Source: Fibrobacteria bacterium
GTDB taxonomy: Bacteria; Fibrobacterota; Chitinivibrionia; Chitinivibrionales; FEN-1185
Reading direction: 5' to 3'
Assembly: GCA_037447435.1 (NCBI GenBank)
Contig: JBBIGR010000002.1
Location: 64,001 to 128,000 of the forward strand
DNA: 64,000 nucleotides
Made by a program: the position numbers and the translations under genes. Positions within the stretch are counted from its first letter, which is position 1; each line of letters opens with the position of its first letter. This document shows, one piece after another, positions 40,973 to 50,490 of this stretch. The notes below the pieces were generated by a model. That model searched no databases. It was given only the letters and a program-made list of their open reading frames with translations, and was not told the origin of the DNA.

Positions 40973-41739
40973 ACTACCCTTTCGGCGGGAAACACCGGCC
41001 CTTCGATGCAGGCACGGGCATATCCCTCTTTCGATTCGTTCATGACCTTTACCGCACATCCCATGCATGCGCCGACGCCGCAGGCCATAACTTGTTCGAG
41101 CGACACAAAACACGGAAAACCGCAATCCGATGCCCATCGGGCGCATCCCCGCATGAGCGGAACCGGGCCGCAGGTAAATACCGTGGTGTTTTTTTCAAGG
41201 TTGTTATTTATTGACGATAAATAATCGAGCGGCGTTCCCTTGAATCCGGCACTTCCGTCGTCGGTCGTGAACACCGGATCGCATGCGGAAAGGGACAAAA
41301 GCGACGGTATTTGCGAACGAGTCTTATATCCCAATAGCAATGTGCTCTTTTTCCCTTTTAATGCGGCCCAGCGCGCTAAGAAAAGCATTGGCCCAAAGCC
41401 GGTGCCTCCTGCAACGCAAATAAGCGTTTCGCAGTCTTTGTCGCAAAACGAAGATCCCAACGGCCCGATAATGTCAAGCGAATCACCTTCGTTCTTTGCA
41501 ACAAGCAGCCCGGTCGCAGGCCCCCGCTGCTTGTAAATTATCGAAGCGGCTTTTGATTGAGGGTCGTAATCGGAAAAAGCGAACGGCCGTCGCAACAGCG
41601 GTGCCGAATACGGTGATACCCGAATCGTGCAAAACTGTCCGGGTAATGGATTTTGTCCATTGTCCCATGTAAAAGACAATTCATAAAATGAATCGGAAAT
41701 CCGATGATTCGAAAGTATTGTCGAAAGGCTTTGTTTCAT
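40963..41739 (-). CDS. pyrK: Dihydroorotate dehydrogenase electron transfer subunit
   Basis: LLRRPF, GPLG, GGTG, CGP, MACGVGACMGC...CIEGPVF (2Fe-2S). Confidence 0.94.
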   Translation of the reverse strand: MKQSLSTILSNHRISDSFYELSFTWDNGQNPLPGQFCTIRVSPYSAPLLRRPFAFSDYDPQSKAASIIYKQRGPATGLLVAKNEGDSLDIIGPLGSSFCDKDCETLICVAGGTGFGPMLFLARWAALKGKKSTLLLGYKTRSQIPSLLSLSACDPVFTTDDGSAGFKGTPLDYLSSINNNLEKNTTVFTCGPVPLMRGCARWASDCGFPCFVSLEQVMACGVGACMGCAVKVMNESKEGYARACIEGPVFPAERVVWI

Positions 41740-41892
41740 AGTTTAATAATAACTTTTTTGCACAAACGAATTCCTATTAAAATACCTTTTGTTTGAGCGC
41801 GGGTCATTTCCTTTTTATTCTCAATGTGCATGATAAGCTAATTTATTATATTAAAACGTTAATCGAATCCCTTTTTCAATAAGGAGCGCATC

Positions 41893-43497
41893 CTGAATAC
41901 CAAACATTTTTTCCTTTTTGGGCTTTTTATTTTGCTCGCCTCGGCCCTAGCCATACCCCCGGTTTTCGCATTGGATTTATCAGATTATAAAAACCTTTCC
42001 AAATTAGCATCACAAAACGGAAATACGGATGAGCAACCATCCTTGGAGTCGCAACCCGATAATTCCATAGACCCTCAAACCTATTATATCGGCGGCGGCG
42101 ATGTTTTTTTAATATCCGTCATCCAATCGCCCTCAATTCATTTTACCGGAACGGTCAACGAGAATTGCGACATATTCATCAGCGATTTGGGACTTATAAA
42201 AATCGGAAAACAAACGCTTGCCCAGGCGAAAATCACCCTGAGCGATTTCGTCACCTCAAAACTCAACAACCGGTATTCGGTTTACGTTTCCCTTGTTAAG
42301 GTAAAAACGTCGGTGGTCACGGTCAGCGGCGGGGTGGCAAATCCCGGAACGTTCACGTTAAAGGGAAATGTCAGGATACTCGACGCAATACGAATGGCAA
42401 ACAACAATGCGATACCGGCATTAAACGAACTTGATTTTCGGTCCGTGCGCTGTTCCAATCGCGACACGGTAAACAATTACGATCTTTTTTCGTTCTTAAA
42501 ACAGGGCAATCTGACCCAAAACCCTTATGTATATCCCGGGGACAACATCTTTTTATCATTTGCAAAGCAACGGGTTTTTATTGTCGGCGCCATTAAGTCC
42601 GCAACGTTCGGCGATGTCCCTATTCAAAACAACGAAACGCTTTCCGGTTTTCTTTCCCTGTTCACCTTCGAAGAATCGGCGGATTCGGATCATATCGTTG
42701 TGGAAAGAACGGATTCCAATGGGAAAAGCGAATCGCGTATCATGTCGGTCCGCGAAGCGCAAACCTTTACCTTGCGCGACAAGGACCTGATCATTGTTTC
42801 TCAAAAGAAAAATTATCCGAAAGTCCTCACCGTATCCGTTGGCGGCGAAATTGCCCGCCCCGGGCTTTACCCGTTGCTTAAAAACGTTTCAAAGGCCTCC
42901 GACATTATCGAATTGGCCGGCGGCCCCACTCCCGAAGGTCAAATTGAACGGGCATATGTGATACGACGGAAAAAAATGCTTTCCGACGAATTCAAAAAAA
43001 ATGTTGCATCGGTAAAGCCTTCGATAACGGGCGGGACGAGCGACAATTCGGTACGCCCCGAAATAAACACTTCCCTGTTTCATATGAACACCGCAAACGA
43101 CTTTGCCGTGCTGCGGGCAAGCGACCATTCCGAAGGCATTCTCCTTGAACAAGACGACGAGATCTTTATCCCCAAGCAAGAACATTACGTCTATGTCTCG
43201 GGAAGCGTCCGCATACCCGGAGCGTATGCTTTTGTCGCGGGGAAAAACAAAGAATATTATATCAATCAGGCCGGCGGGTTTTCCTCGAAGGCGGATCACA
43301 CGAACACCTCCATCGTCGCGTATTTCGGCGAAGTCCAGCAAATCAAGGACAAACAGACCGTCGAACCCGGCGATATCGTGGTCGTTCCCGACGCCGTGCA
43401 ATACAAATTCCTGACCAGCGTCGTGCTTCCCATTATCGCCACTGCCGCATCGGTGGTTGCGACATTGCTTGTTTTGTCTACCAATATAAAATGGTAA
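41893..43497 (+). CDS. SLBB-domain polysaccharide export protein (Wza/KpsD-like)
   Basis: YYIGGGD, VSGGVANPG, GEIARPG..AGG, GSVRIPG..AGGF, PGDIVVVP. Probable CTG start at 41893 after AAGGAG; the ORF track uses TTG 41932. Confidence 0.85.
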   Translation: MNTKHFFLFGLFILLASALAIPPVFALDLSDYKNLSKLASQNGNTDEQPSLESQPDNSIDPQTYYIGGGDVFLISVIQSPSIHFTGTVNENCDIFISDLGLIKIGKQTLAQAKITLSDFVTSKLNNRYSVYVSLVKVKTSVVTVSGGVANPGTFTLKGNVRILDAIRMANNNAIPALNELDFRSVRCSNRDTVNNYDLFSFLKQGNLTQNPYVYPGDNIFLSFAKQRVFIVGAIKSATFGDVPIQNNETLSGFLSLFTFEESADSDHIVVERTDSNGKSESRIMSVREAQTFTLRDKDLIIVSQKKNYPKVLTVSVGGEIARPGLYPLLKNVSKASDIIELAGGPTPEGQIERAYVIRRKKMLSDEFKKNVASVKPSITGGTSDNSVRPEINTSLFHMNTANDFAVLRASDHSEGILLEQDDEIFIPKQEHYVYVSGSVRIPGAYAFVAGKNKEYYINQAGGFSSKADHTNTSIVAYFGEVQQIKDKQTVEPGDIVVVPDAVQYKFLTSVVLPIIATAASVVATLLVLSTNIKW

Positions 43498-43498
43498 A

Positions 43499-43568
43499 AT
43501 GCAGTTCACCGACATTTTGTGCATTTCACGGAATTCCGTTTGCTGCACGTTGTCGGGCATTGTAAATT
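43499..43568 (+). promoter_or_regulatory. Promoter with tandem direct repeat TGCAgTTCACcGA / TGCAtTTCACgGA (20-bp period), -35 TTGCTG (43540) and -10 TAAATT (43563); candidate LytTR site
   Basis: 27/34 identical to 58656-58689, with -35 and -10 at identical offsets (+41, +64) and a 17-bp spacer. Confidence 0.72.
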
Positions 43569-43637
43569 TTAGTCGCATACGGAAAAGAATAGCCGGTTAT
43601 TATTTGTGAAACTGTTCCAATTTTTAAGGAGTCTTCT

Positions 43638-44270
43638 ATGATACAAACCATTGCAACGTTTTTTAATTCCGGCGGCGCTTTCATGTGGGTCATTCTTGCC
43701 GTCGGCGCAATGGCAACCGCGGTTGTCCTCGAACGTTTGATTTTCTACTTTATCACCTGCAATGTTTCGGGGCCTAAATTATTGCAAAAAATCGCCGCGG
43801 CATTGCAGAACGGGAAAACGGACGAAGCCAAGGACCTTTTAAAAAAAGGCAAGGCGCCCATGCATGTTCTTGTCCGCACCGCGCTCGAACGTTATGGCGC
43901 AAACATGAGCGTCGCCGACATCGAGGAAGGCATCAGCGAAGCGGCGATCATCGAAATGCCGAAAATGATCCAACGGCTCAACTATCTTTCCCTTTTCGCC
44001 AACATCGGAACCTTGCTCGGTTTGCTCGGTACGATTTCCGGTCTGCAAGGTTCGTTTTCATCATTGGCCTCGGTGGAGGCCTCCAAAAAGGCGACCATGC
44101 TTGCCGCAGGTATCGCCGAAGCCATGAATTGCACCGCGTTCGGCCTTATCGTAGCCGTGCCCTGCATGTTATTGTATACATTCTTATATAACAAGCAGGC
44201 ACAATTGACAAAAAGCATAGACGACACGGTCATCAAACTCCTCAACCTGATGAAACGGCTTAAAGCATGA
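43638..44270 (+). CDS. exbB: MotA/TolQ/ExbB proton channel protein
   Basis: GTLLGLLGTISGL, GIAEAMNCTAFGLIVAVP; RBS AAGGAG. Confidence 0.9.
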   Translation: MIQTIATFFNSGGAFMWVILAVGAMATAVVLERLIFYFITCNVSGPKLLQKIAAALQNGKTDEAKDLLKKGKAPMHVLVRTALERYGANMSVADIEEGISEAAIIEMPKMIQRLNYLSLFANIGTLLGLLGTISGLQGSFSSLASVEASKKATMLAAGIAEAMNCTAFGLIVAVPCMLLYTFLYNKQAQLTKSIDDTVIKLLNLMKRLKA

Positions 44271-44767
44271 AAACGCTTTCGCTTTCGTCTAAAACCTTTG
44301 TCCCGTCCGATGCAATGGATGCGGAAATCGACATCGACGTCAAGCCGATGATGAACGTTCTTGTCATTCTCATTCCGTTCCTCGTATCGGTTTCCGAATA
44401 CACGAGGCTTGCCATTATCGACATGTCGTTGCCGCCCAATATCACCAGCGTGGGGGGGCAAGGATCATCCGAAAAACCGAAGGTAAAGTTGACTGTCGTG
44501 TTGGCGCCGCAATATTGCACCATCGTACTCGGTGAAAACATTCTCGATTCGATTGCCCGCAAATCCGACGATTATTCCTACGATACGCTGTCGACCCTTT
44601 TGGCCAAACGGCGCGCCGCGCTTGAGATAAAAGACGAAGTCATTGTTGCGCCGCGCGACGGCATTCATTTCAAATACGTCGTTCATGTCATGGACGTATG
44701 CAAAAAAGTCGGGTTCGAAAAGATCAATTTGGCCAGCGCCACCGAAAACCCAAACGCCGGACAATAA
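44267..44767 (+). CDS. exbD: ExbD/TolR family protein 1 (TM Asp replaced by Asn)
   Basis: IDVKPMMNVLVILIPFL; FKYVVHVMDVCKKVGFEKINL. Confidence 0.85.
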   Translation: MKTLSLSSKTFVPSDAMDAEIDIDVKPMMNVLVILIPFLVSVSEYTRLAIIDMSLPPNITSVGGQGSSEKPKVKLTVVLAPQYCTIVLGENILDSIARKSDDYSYDTLSTLLAKRRAALEIKDEVIVAPRDGIHFKYVVHVMDVCKKVGFEKINLASATENPNAGQ

Positions 44768-44769
44768 GC

Positions 44770-45243
44770 GTGCCCTTATTCAAGAAAAAATCATTAGCGC
44801 CGGTCGATCATTTCGGCGACACGTTTAAACCGCAAATGACGTCGCTTATCGATATTCTCACTTTGTTATTGGTTTTCCTGATTCAAAGCTTTTCCGCCGA
44901 AGGTAATCTGGTTACCCCGTCCGCCGACCTTCAGCTTCCGCTGTCGTCGTCGAAAAAGCCTCCCAAGCCGAGCCTTATGCTCGAATTGACAAATACCGGA
45001 ATCATCGCCGACGGGCATCAGCTTGCCGATAATAAAACCTTTGCCGCGGCAGGCGACTTGACCGTGAAAAACGTTTACAATTGGCTCATCGCACAGAAAA
45101 CCCGATTGGCTTCCACAGACGCCGACAAAAAAATCATACTCCAATGCGACAAGGATTTGGAGTTTAATATCGTCAAACGGATCATGTACACCTGCAGCAA
45201 GGCGGGCTTTACCGATTTTTCCGTCCTTGTCATCGAGGAATAG
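44770..45243 (+). CDS. exbD: ExbD/TolR family protein 2
   Basis: TSLIDILTLLLVFL; LQCDKDLEFNIVKRIMYTCSKAGF; GTG start at 44770. Confidence 0.85.
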   Translation: MPLFKKKSLAPVDHFGDTFKPQMTSLIDILTLLLVFLIQSFSAEGNLVTPSADLQLPLSSSKKPPKPSLMLELTNTGIIADGHQLADNKTFAAAGDLTVKNVYNWLIAQKTRLASTDADKKIILQCDKDLEFNIVKRIMYTCSKAGFTDFSVLVIEE

Positions 45244-45247
45244 CATC

Positions 45248-46045
45248 ATGCAACCCCAAAACGCCTCCCTGCAACAAATCCTCGTCCCGCCTCCGCAAAG
45301 CGGCCAAAACAATGTATTCACCGTTATTTTTATCATAACCGTTCTGGCATTTTTGGGATGCGGGCTTTACCTTAAAACCATAAAGCCCGTTCCAAGCGCG
45401 GCGTTCGAGGAAAAAAAAGCGGTTATGACCCAAACGCAATTCCTGATCGCCGAGAAGAAAAAAACACCGCCTCCCAAACCGAAAGCGCCCGAGGTAAAAA
45501 AGGACGCGCCAAAGGAAGTCATAGACCTTACCAAGGCTCCTTTGCTTAATCAGAAAACCGATTTCACGGCACCCGAACAACCCAAACAAACAACGGCGCC
45601 GGCCCGGCCGGTGTACGGCCTCAGACGCGTCTTTTCGACCGGATTCGGGGCCGGCGGCACGGCGGGCGATGCGGTGATCGGCAAAGTAGGAAATACTTTA
45701 AACAAGGATGTCGACACGGTCCACGCAACAAAGCAGGATCTGAAAGGAACCGTTGTTTCGATTTCAACGGTATCGACCGCTCCCCGGTTAAAACACGACG
45801 TTAAACCGCAATTTACCAAAGAAATGATAGCCGCCAAGCTCGAAGGCGTCATCAAGGCGGAATTGCTTATCGATATCGACGGTAAAGTCAAGGAAGTAAA
45901 GATACTCAATGATTTGGGATTCGGCACGAAAGAGAAAGCATTGGAAGCGTTTTTGCAATGGGAATTCGACCCTGCCATGCGCGACGGCAAGCCGGTTGCC
46001 ACCTGGATTTCATATTCCATTCGTTTCGTTCTTTTGCAGGAGTGA
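45248..46045 (+). CDS. tonB: Energy transducer TonB
   Basis: N-terminal TM, Pro/Lys-rich linker, C-terminal LEGVI...IDIDGKV...WEFDPAMRDGKPV...IRF. Confidence 0.88.
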   Translation: MQPQNASLQQILVPPPQSGQNNVFTVIFIITVLAFLGCGLYLKTIKPVPSAAFEEKKAVMTQTQFLIAEKKKTPPPKPKAPEVKKDAPKEVIDLTKAPLLNQKTDFTAPEQPKQTTAPARPVYGLRRVFSTGFGAGGTAGDAVIGKVGNTLNKDVDTVHATKQDLKGTVVSISTVSTAPRLKHDVKPQFTKEMIAAKLEGVIKAELLIDIDGKVKEVKILNDLGFGTKEKALEAFLQWEFDPAMRDGKPVATWISYSIRFVLLQE

Positions 46046-46047
46046 TC

Positions 46048-48843
46048 ATGCTATTTAAATCCGTTTGTAACGTACCTCGAAAAGTATTGCCTTTAATTTG
46101 CGTTTTAGCAACAATTTTAATGGGGCAGATATCCGAAACAGTACCGGCAAAAGGAAAGGCCGACGCCGGGGCAGCGGCATCGCAACAATCGGTCCAACAG
46201 CAGCCGGACAGCCTTCCGGCCATCGATTCCATGCCGCGGCTTTTGGAGTTTATCAAAGCCGATTATCCCGCAGATTGCGTAAAAAAAGGCATTGAGGGCG
46301 AAGTCGTGCTCGACCTGGTGGTCGACACCCTCGGCATCGTCGACTCATGCGCTGTTGTCAAGGGACTTTTTCCGGCCCTCGATTCAAGCGCATTGCATAC
46401 GGTAAAAAAATTCCGTTTCAGGCCTGCGCTTGCGCAGGGTTTTCCTATTCCCGTGATCATGCAGTACGCCTATCGGTTCAACCTCGATGAAATCGTCCAA
46501 AAAATCCAGCAATACGTCAATTTCAAAGGAAGACTCCTGGAACGCGGAACCCGTATACCCGTCCGGGATGCGACCGTTGTCGTCGCGTTTCCCGATTCAT
46601 CGGCCGATCATTCCCTTTCAATTCCTTTTTCCGCGTATTTAAAAAAAATCGGAAGCTTTCCTAATCAGCATTGTGAAGACAAGACCATCATCACCACTAC
46701 CGATTCCTTGGGCAGGTTCGAATTCACCTCGCTTCCGTCGGGCCCGATCACCGTCAAAGCAATATATCCGGGTTACGAACAATTGAAAGAAGAGGAACGT
46801 CTAAAAGCCGGCGAGCAAACCGAAGTTACCTATTATATCCAGCGGTTTTCGTACGGAGAAAACGAAATCGTCGTATACGGGAAAGCGGAACAAAAAGAAG
46901 TCGCGAAGCGGACTCTCACGCTTAACGAAGTAAAAAAGGTTCCGGGGTTTGGCGGCGATGCGGTCAAGGTTGTGCAGGCGTTACCCGGCGTTGCCCGCGC
47001 ATCGTTCATGAGCGGCGCCATTGTCGTACGCGGCGCAAGCAACGCCGATTCCCGGTTTTACCTTGACGGCGTGCAAATCCCGGTGTTGTTTCACTTCGGC
47101 GGCCTCAAATCGACCTATAATTCCGATGCGCTCGAAAGCGTCGATTTTTATCCCGGAGGGTTCGGTACCCGATACGGTGACGTGACTGCGGGCGTCATAG
47201 AAATCAAGGGGCGCCAGGCAAAAAGCGACCGCATCCATGCAACGATTGACGCCAATTTGTACGACGCGTCTTTTATGGTCGAAGGCCCGGTTACTAAAAA
47301 TATTTCCACGTTGCTCACGGCACGCCGCAGTTTTATCGGCGATATTTTGAGCTGGGTGATACGAAAGATCGATTTACCGGTGTCCGTGGAACCTTATTAT
47401 TACGATTATATCTGGCGTACCGATTATACTCCTTCAAAAAATCAGAAGTTTTATCTTACGCTTTTCGGATCTCAAGACGAATTGCAGCTCATAACCCGTC
47501 CGATACGCGGCGGTTTGCCCAATGTCGGCGACGGTTCCGACCAGGTAAACCAGAAAACGTTTTTCAATATGGGGATTGCGGGTTGGGACTGGACCGTATC
47601 GCCGTCGGTGAAAAATTCGTTCACGTACTCCTTGACTTATGGCGACAAATACCTGTCGGTTTTCAACTTTGTCAAAAGCGATCAACGGGCATGGATACAT
47701 AACCTGAGAAACCAAACTGCACTTACGCTTTCACCGGATCTTACCATGAACGTCGGTTTGGATGCGCAGGTGTATCCTGCAAACTTTTACCTCGATATGA
47801 TAACCGCTGCGGACACGGTTTCCAAGGATACCGTCAACAACTGGGTATTCGGCGACATCGGGCCGTATCTTAATTTCGACTGGAAACCGTTGCCCGCGCT
47901 TGAAATAATTCCGGGCATTCGATACGACTATTACCCCGAACTTGATTATAGAGGCGGCATTGTTCCGGCATTTTGGGACTACGCACATATCGACAATCAT
48001 CAAGGTACCTCGGGCGAACCGTCGTTGCGGTTGACGGTAAAATATAAACTCAACGAAAAGCATTTGGTGAAATTCGCACTAGGCAATTACAATCAGACGC
48101 CGCAACCGCTCGGCCAAACCATCATGGAAAAATGGGGCGACCCGCATTTGCCTGCGACAAAGGCGGCGCAATATGTTGCCGGATACGAATGGACCATGTC
48201 GGACCTCATCCATACCGATATTGAGGCGTATTATAACGACCAGTGGAACATACCCCGGTCCGTCACCAGCCAAGACATCGCTTCGGGTTCGCAAAAAGGG
48301 TTTTATGCAGACCAAAACGGCCGGATGTACGGCCTCGAACTCATGCTCAAACACGATCAAGGAAAGCACTTTTTCGGCTGGATAGCCTATTCACTTTCCA
48401 GAAGCGAACGCCAGGACCCGTTTACAAAACAGTGGAGCCTGTATTCAAAAGACGAAACGCATAACGTGCAGTTCGTCGGCAGTTATCGCTTGCCTAAATA
48501 CTGGGAAATCGGCTGCCGCGTCAGATACGTCACCGGCGATCCCACCACCCCCATCGCGGGAATCGGATACAATGAAGGAACGCAAACCCCGCGGTTTTTT
48601 GAAATTTTCGGTCCAAAGAACTCGGCGCGGCTGGACCCGTTTTTCCAGCTTGATTTACGTATAGAAAAGAAATTCATGATGAAAAACTGGATCCTGACGT
48701 CATACCTTGACATCCAGGACTTGAGCTATTTTGTTTATAAAAGCCCGGAATTTTACACCTATAATTTCAGATACGATCAAAACACCAAAACGCCGGTCGG
48801 TGCGATAATTTACCCGTCTGTCGGGCTTTCTGCGGAATTTTAA
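46048..48843 (+). CDS. TonB-dependent receptor with an N-terminal TonB C-terminal-like domain and a carboxypeptidase-regulatory-like domain
   Basis: ADYP...GIEGEVVLDLVVDTLG...FRFRPA; plug VQALPGV..IVVRG..LDGVQIPVLFHFGG, GGFGTRYG; barrel ending SAEF. Confidence 0.9.
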   Translation: MLFKSVCNVPRKVLPLICVLATILMGQISETVPAKGKADAGAAASQQSVQQQPDSLPAIDSMPRLLEFIKADYPADCVKKGIEGEVVLDLVVDTLGIVDSCAVVKGLFPALDSSALHTVKKFRFRPALAQGFPIPVIMQYAYRFNLDEIVQKIQQYVNFKGRLLERGTRIPVRDATVVVAFPDSSADHSLSIPFSAYLKKIGSFPNQHCEDKTIITTTDSLGRFEFTSLPSGPITVKAIYPGYEQLKEEERLKAGEQTEVTYYIQRFSYGENEIVVYGKAEQKEVAKRTLTLNEVKKVPGFGGDAVKVVQALPGVARASFMSGAIVVRGASNADSRFYLDGVQIPVLFHFGGLKSTYNSDALESVDFYPGGFGTRYGDVTAGVIEIKGRQAKSDRIHATIDANLYDASFMVEGPVTKNISTLLTARRSFIGDILSWVIRKIDLPVSVEPYYYDYIWRTDYTPSKNQKFYLTLFGSQDELQLITRPIRGGLPNVGDGSDQVNQKTFFNMGIAGWDWTVSPSVKNSFTYSLTYGDKYLSVFNFVKSDQRAWIHNLRNQTALTLSPDLTMNVGLDAQVYPANFYLDMITAADTVSKDTVNNWVFGDIGPYLNFDWKPLPALEIIPGIRYDYYPELDYRGGIVPAFWDYAHIDNHQGTSGEPSLRLTVKYKLNEKHLVKFALGNYNQTPQPLGQTIMEKWGDPHLPATKAAQYVAGYEWTMSDLIHTDIEAYYNDQWNIPRSVTSQDIASGSQKGFYADQNGRMYGLELMLKHDQGKHFFGWIAYSLSRSERQDPFTKQWSLYSKDETHNVQFVGSYRLPKYWEIGCRVRYVTGDPTTPIAGIGYNEGTQTPRFFEIFGPKNSARLDPFFQLDLRIEKKFMMKNWILTSYLDIQDLSYFVYKSPEFYTYNFRYDQNTKTPVGAIIYPSVGLSAEF

Positions 48844-48859
48844 AAGGAGATTTTTTCAT

Positions 48860-50110
48860 ATGAACAGGCGCTCTGTAAAATCGACTCTTTTTGCCGTGCT
48901 GGCATCGGGAATGCTTTTGTTTTCGTGTACCCAGTTCCCCACGCAATTCGGCTATATCGGCCCCGAATACGTGCAAACGGTAGGATTCGTATTCTCTCCC
49001 ATGGCGGAAGGCGCACCCGGAGACACGTTGCATCTCACCGCGCATTTTGCAGGGCAGGCCGTACATTCCTTTGCCTGTAGCCTGTCGACGCAATACAATC
49101 TCAGCATTTACGGAAACGACACGGCAGTGAATTTCATACCGCTTGTCGATCCAAACGCGACATTCGGGCCGGATTCAATTTCATTGTCTTTTGTAATTCC
49201 TCAGAATTTTTTCGCTTCTTCGGGTCCGCTTATTCTTGCGGTACTAAAAGACATTCCCGATTCCGTTAAAGCAAAATTCAACTTGGATTCCGAATCGCTT
49301 AAAAGCGTGCCCGTATCGCAGCTTCCTATTTTCGCCGGACTGTTTTTAACCACAACCGATTTTTCAAAATCCGATACCGCAACAGCCAAAATGATGGCCC
49401 ATCTGATTGAGACCTTGTCCGGCCAAATGGTTTTGCACTGTGCGGTGAACGGCGGGTATACGATAATCCGTAACATTACCGTGCGTTACAATTCCCATGT
49501 ACGCGGCGATCCGTATGTCTATATCAACCACAACCCGGATCCCCAGTGGTTCGCAATGTATAAGGTGAAAAAAACCGGAAAAGTTTCTTACGATCTTCCT
49601 CATACGGAAAACGACACGTTGGTCTGCATTTACAAAAGCAACAACCTCGATTCCTCTAAAATAGCAGGACCAAGACTATTTACCGACACGGTGCTTATCG
49701 ACACGGGATATTCATATTACATGATGGGCGACACGGGAATATTTATTTTCGACAGCATTACGCCGGGCGGGGCCCATGTTACCGCAACCGATACGACACT
49801 CGACAAATCTTTTTCTTTCGACAACAGAATCACCTATGAACGTTACGGTTACACCTGGTTTTACGAGCCCGACTCCACAACACTCCCCGGTGTTAAGCCG
49901 GAAAATTCGGTAATTATCGGCAATTCCGGCGGCAATGTTTCACAGTTTTTGCCGCCGCTCGATACGGTTGTACAAAAAGTCAATCTCTGGGTCCGCGCAT
50001 CGGACGTTTCCGACGGCGAGCTCAATCGCCCTGTTGGGGTATCAAGCAAAAAGCTTTCTTTGGTATTGAAGTACACGGCCGCTTATGCGGCAAATGTCCA
50101 GAAGAAATGA
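48860..50110 (+). CDS. Hypothetical lipoprotein partnering the TBDR
   Basis: RBS AAGGAG; lipobox LFSC; 16 bp after the TBDR stop. Confidence 0.75.
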   Translation: MNRRSVKSTLFAVLASGMLLFSCTQFPTQFGYIGPEYVQTVGFVFSPMAEGAPGDTLHLTAHFAGQAVHSFACSLSTQYNLSIYGNDTAVNFIPLVDPNATFGPDSISLSFVIPQNFFASSGPLILAVLKDIPDSVKAKFNLDSESLKSVPVSQLPIFAGLFLTTTDFSKSDTATAKMMAHLIETLSGQMVLHCAVNGGYTIIRNITVRYNSHVRGDPYVYINHNPDPQWFAMYKVKKTGKVSYDLPHTENDTLVCIYKSNNLDSSKIAGPRLFTDTVLIDTGYSYYMMGDTGIFIFDSITPGGAHVTATDTTLDKSFSFDNRITYERYGYTWFYEPDSTTLPGVKPENSVIIGNSGGNVSQFLPPLDTVVQKVNLWVRASDVSDGELNRPVGVSSKKLSLVLKYTAAYAANVQKK

Positions 50111-50134
50111 CGAAGCAGGATCTGTTTGTATCTC

Positions 50135-50157
50135 CCCTCTCCATTTTATGGAGAGGG
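50135..50157. terminator. Hairpin between convergent genes
   Basis: CCCTCTCCAT-ttt-ATGGAGAGGG; no clear U-tract. Confidence 0.55.
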
Positions 50158-50170
50158 TGCAAGGCCACTT

Positions 50171-50473
50171 TTAATCGGGATTTTTTAAAGCTCTTTCAAT
50201 GTCTTTCCATATGTCGTTCAATTCGTATTCCACGACATCCGCAACCGCGACCCAGTCTTGATTTTTAAACATTAAGAATATCGTCTCAAGCGAATAATTG
50301 AATTTTTGCAGCAGTCCCTTGGGAATGCGTGCCAGCATATTCCGCATGTCGGTATTTTGAAGCAGGGAAAGGAAACCGTTCAGGGTTTTCGCAGCATCGC
50401 CATAATCCCCGCGCCTGCAATGCGGGCCCAAGACCGCAAGATATGTTTCTATTTCATGCAAACTGTTTTCCAT
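50171..50473 (-). CDS. Small helical protein resembling flagellin-glycosylation-locus proteins
   Basis: DWVAVADVVEYEL motif, recalled from Maf-associated proteins; adjacent to the glycosyltransferase and flagellins. Confidence 0.6.
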   Translation of the reverse strand: MENSLHEIETYLAVLGPHCRRGDYGDAAKTLNGFLSLLQNTDMRNMLARIPKGLLQKFNYSLETIFLMFKNQDWVAVADVVEYELNDIWKDIERALKNPD

Positions 50474-50490
50474 TTAATTAAATTACTATC

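Noticed and set aside
34530..41146. Extended N-termini given by the ORF track for gpsA, the 36256 gene, radical SAM, rlpA and pyrD
   Set aside because: Most extensions overlap upstream genes; downstream starts with an RBS or stop/start coupling fit family lengths better.
43638..46045. exbB-exbD-exbD-tonB as a Myxococcus-type AglRQS gliding motor
   Set aside because: The operon continues directly into a TBDR and lipoprotein, and no other gliding genes are recognisable, so transport energisation is more parsimonious.
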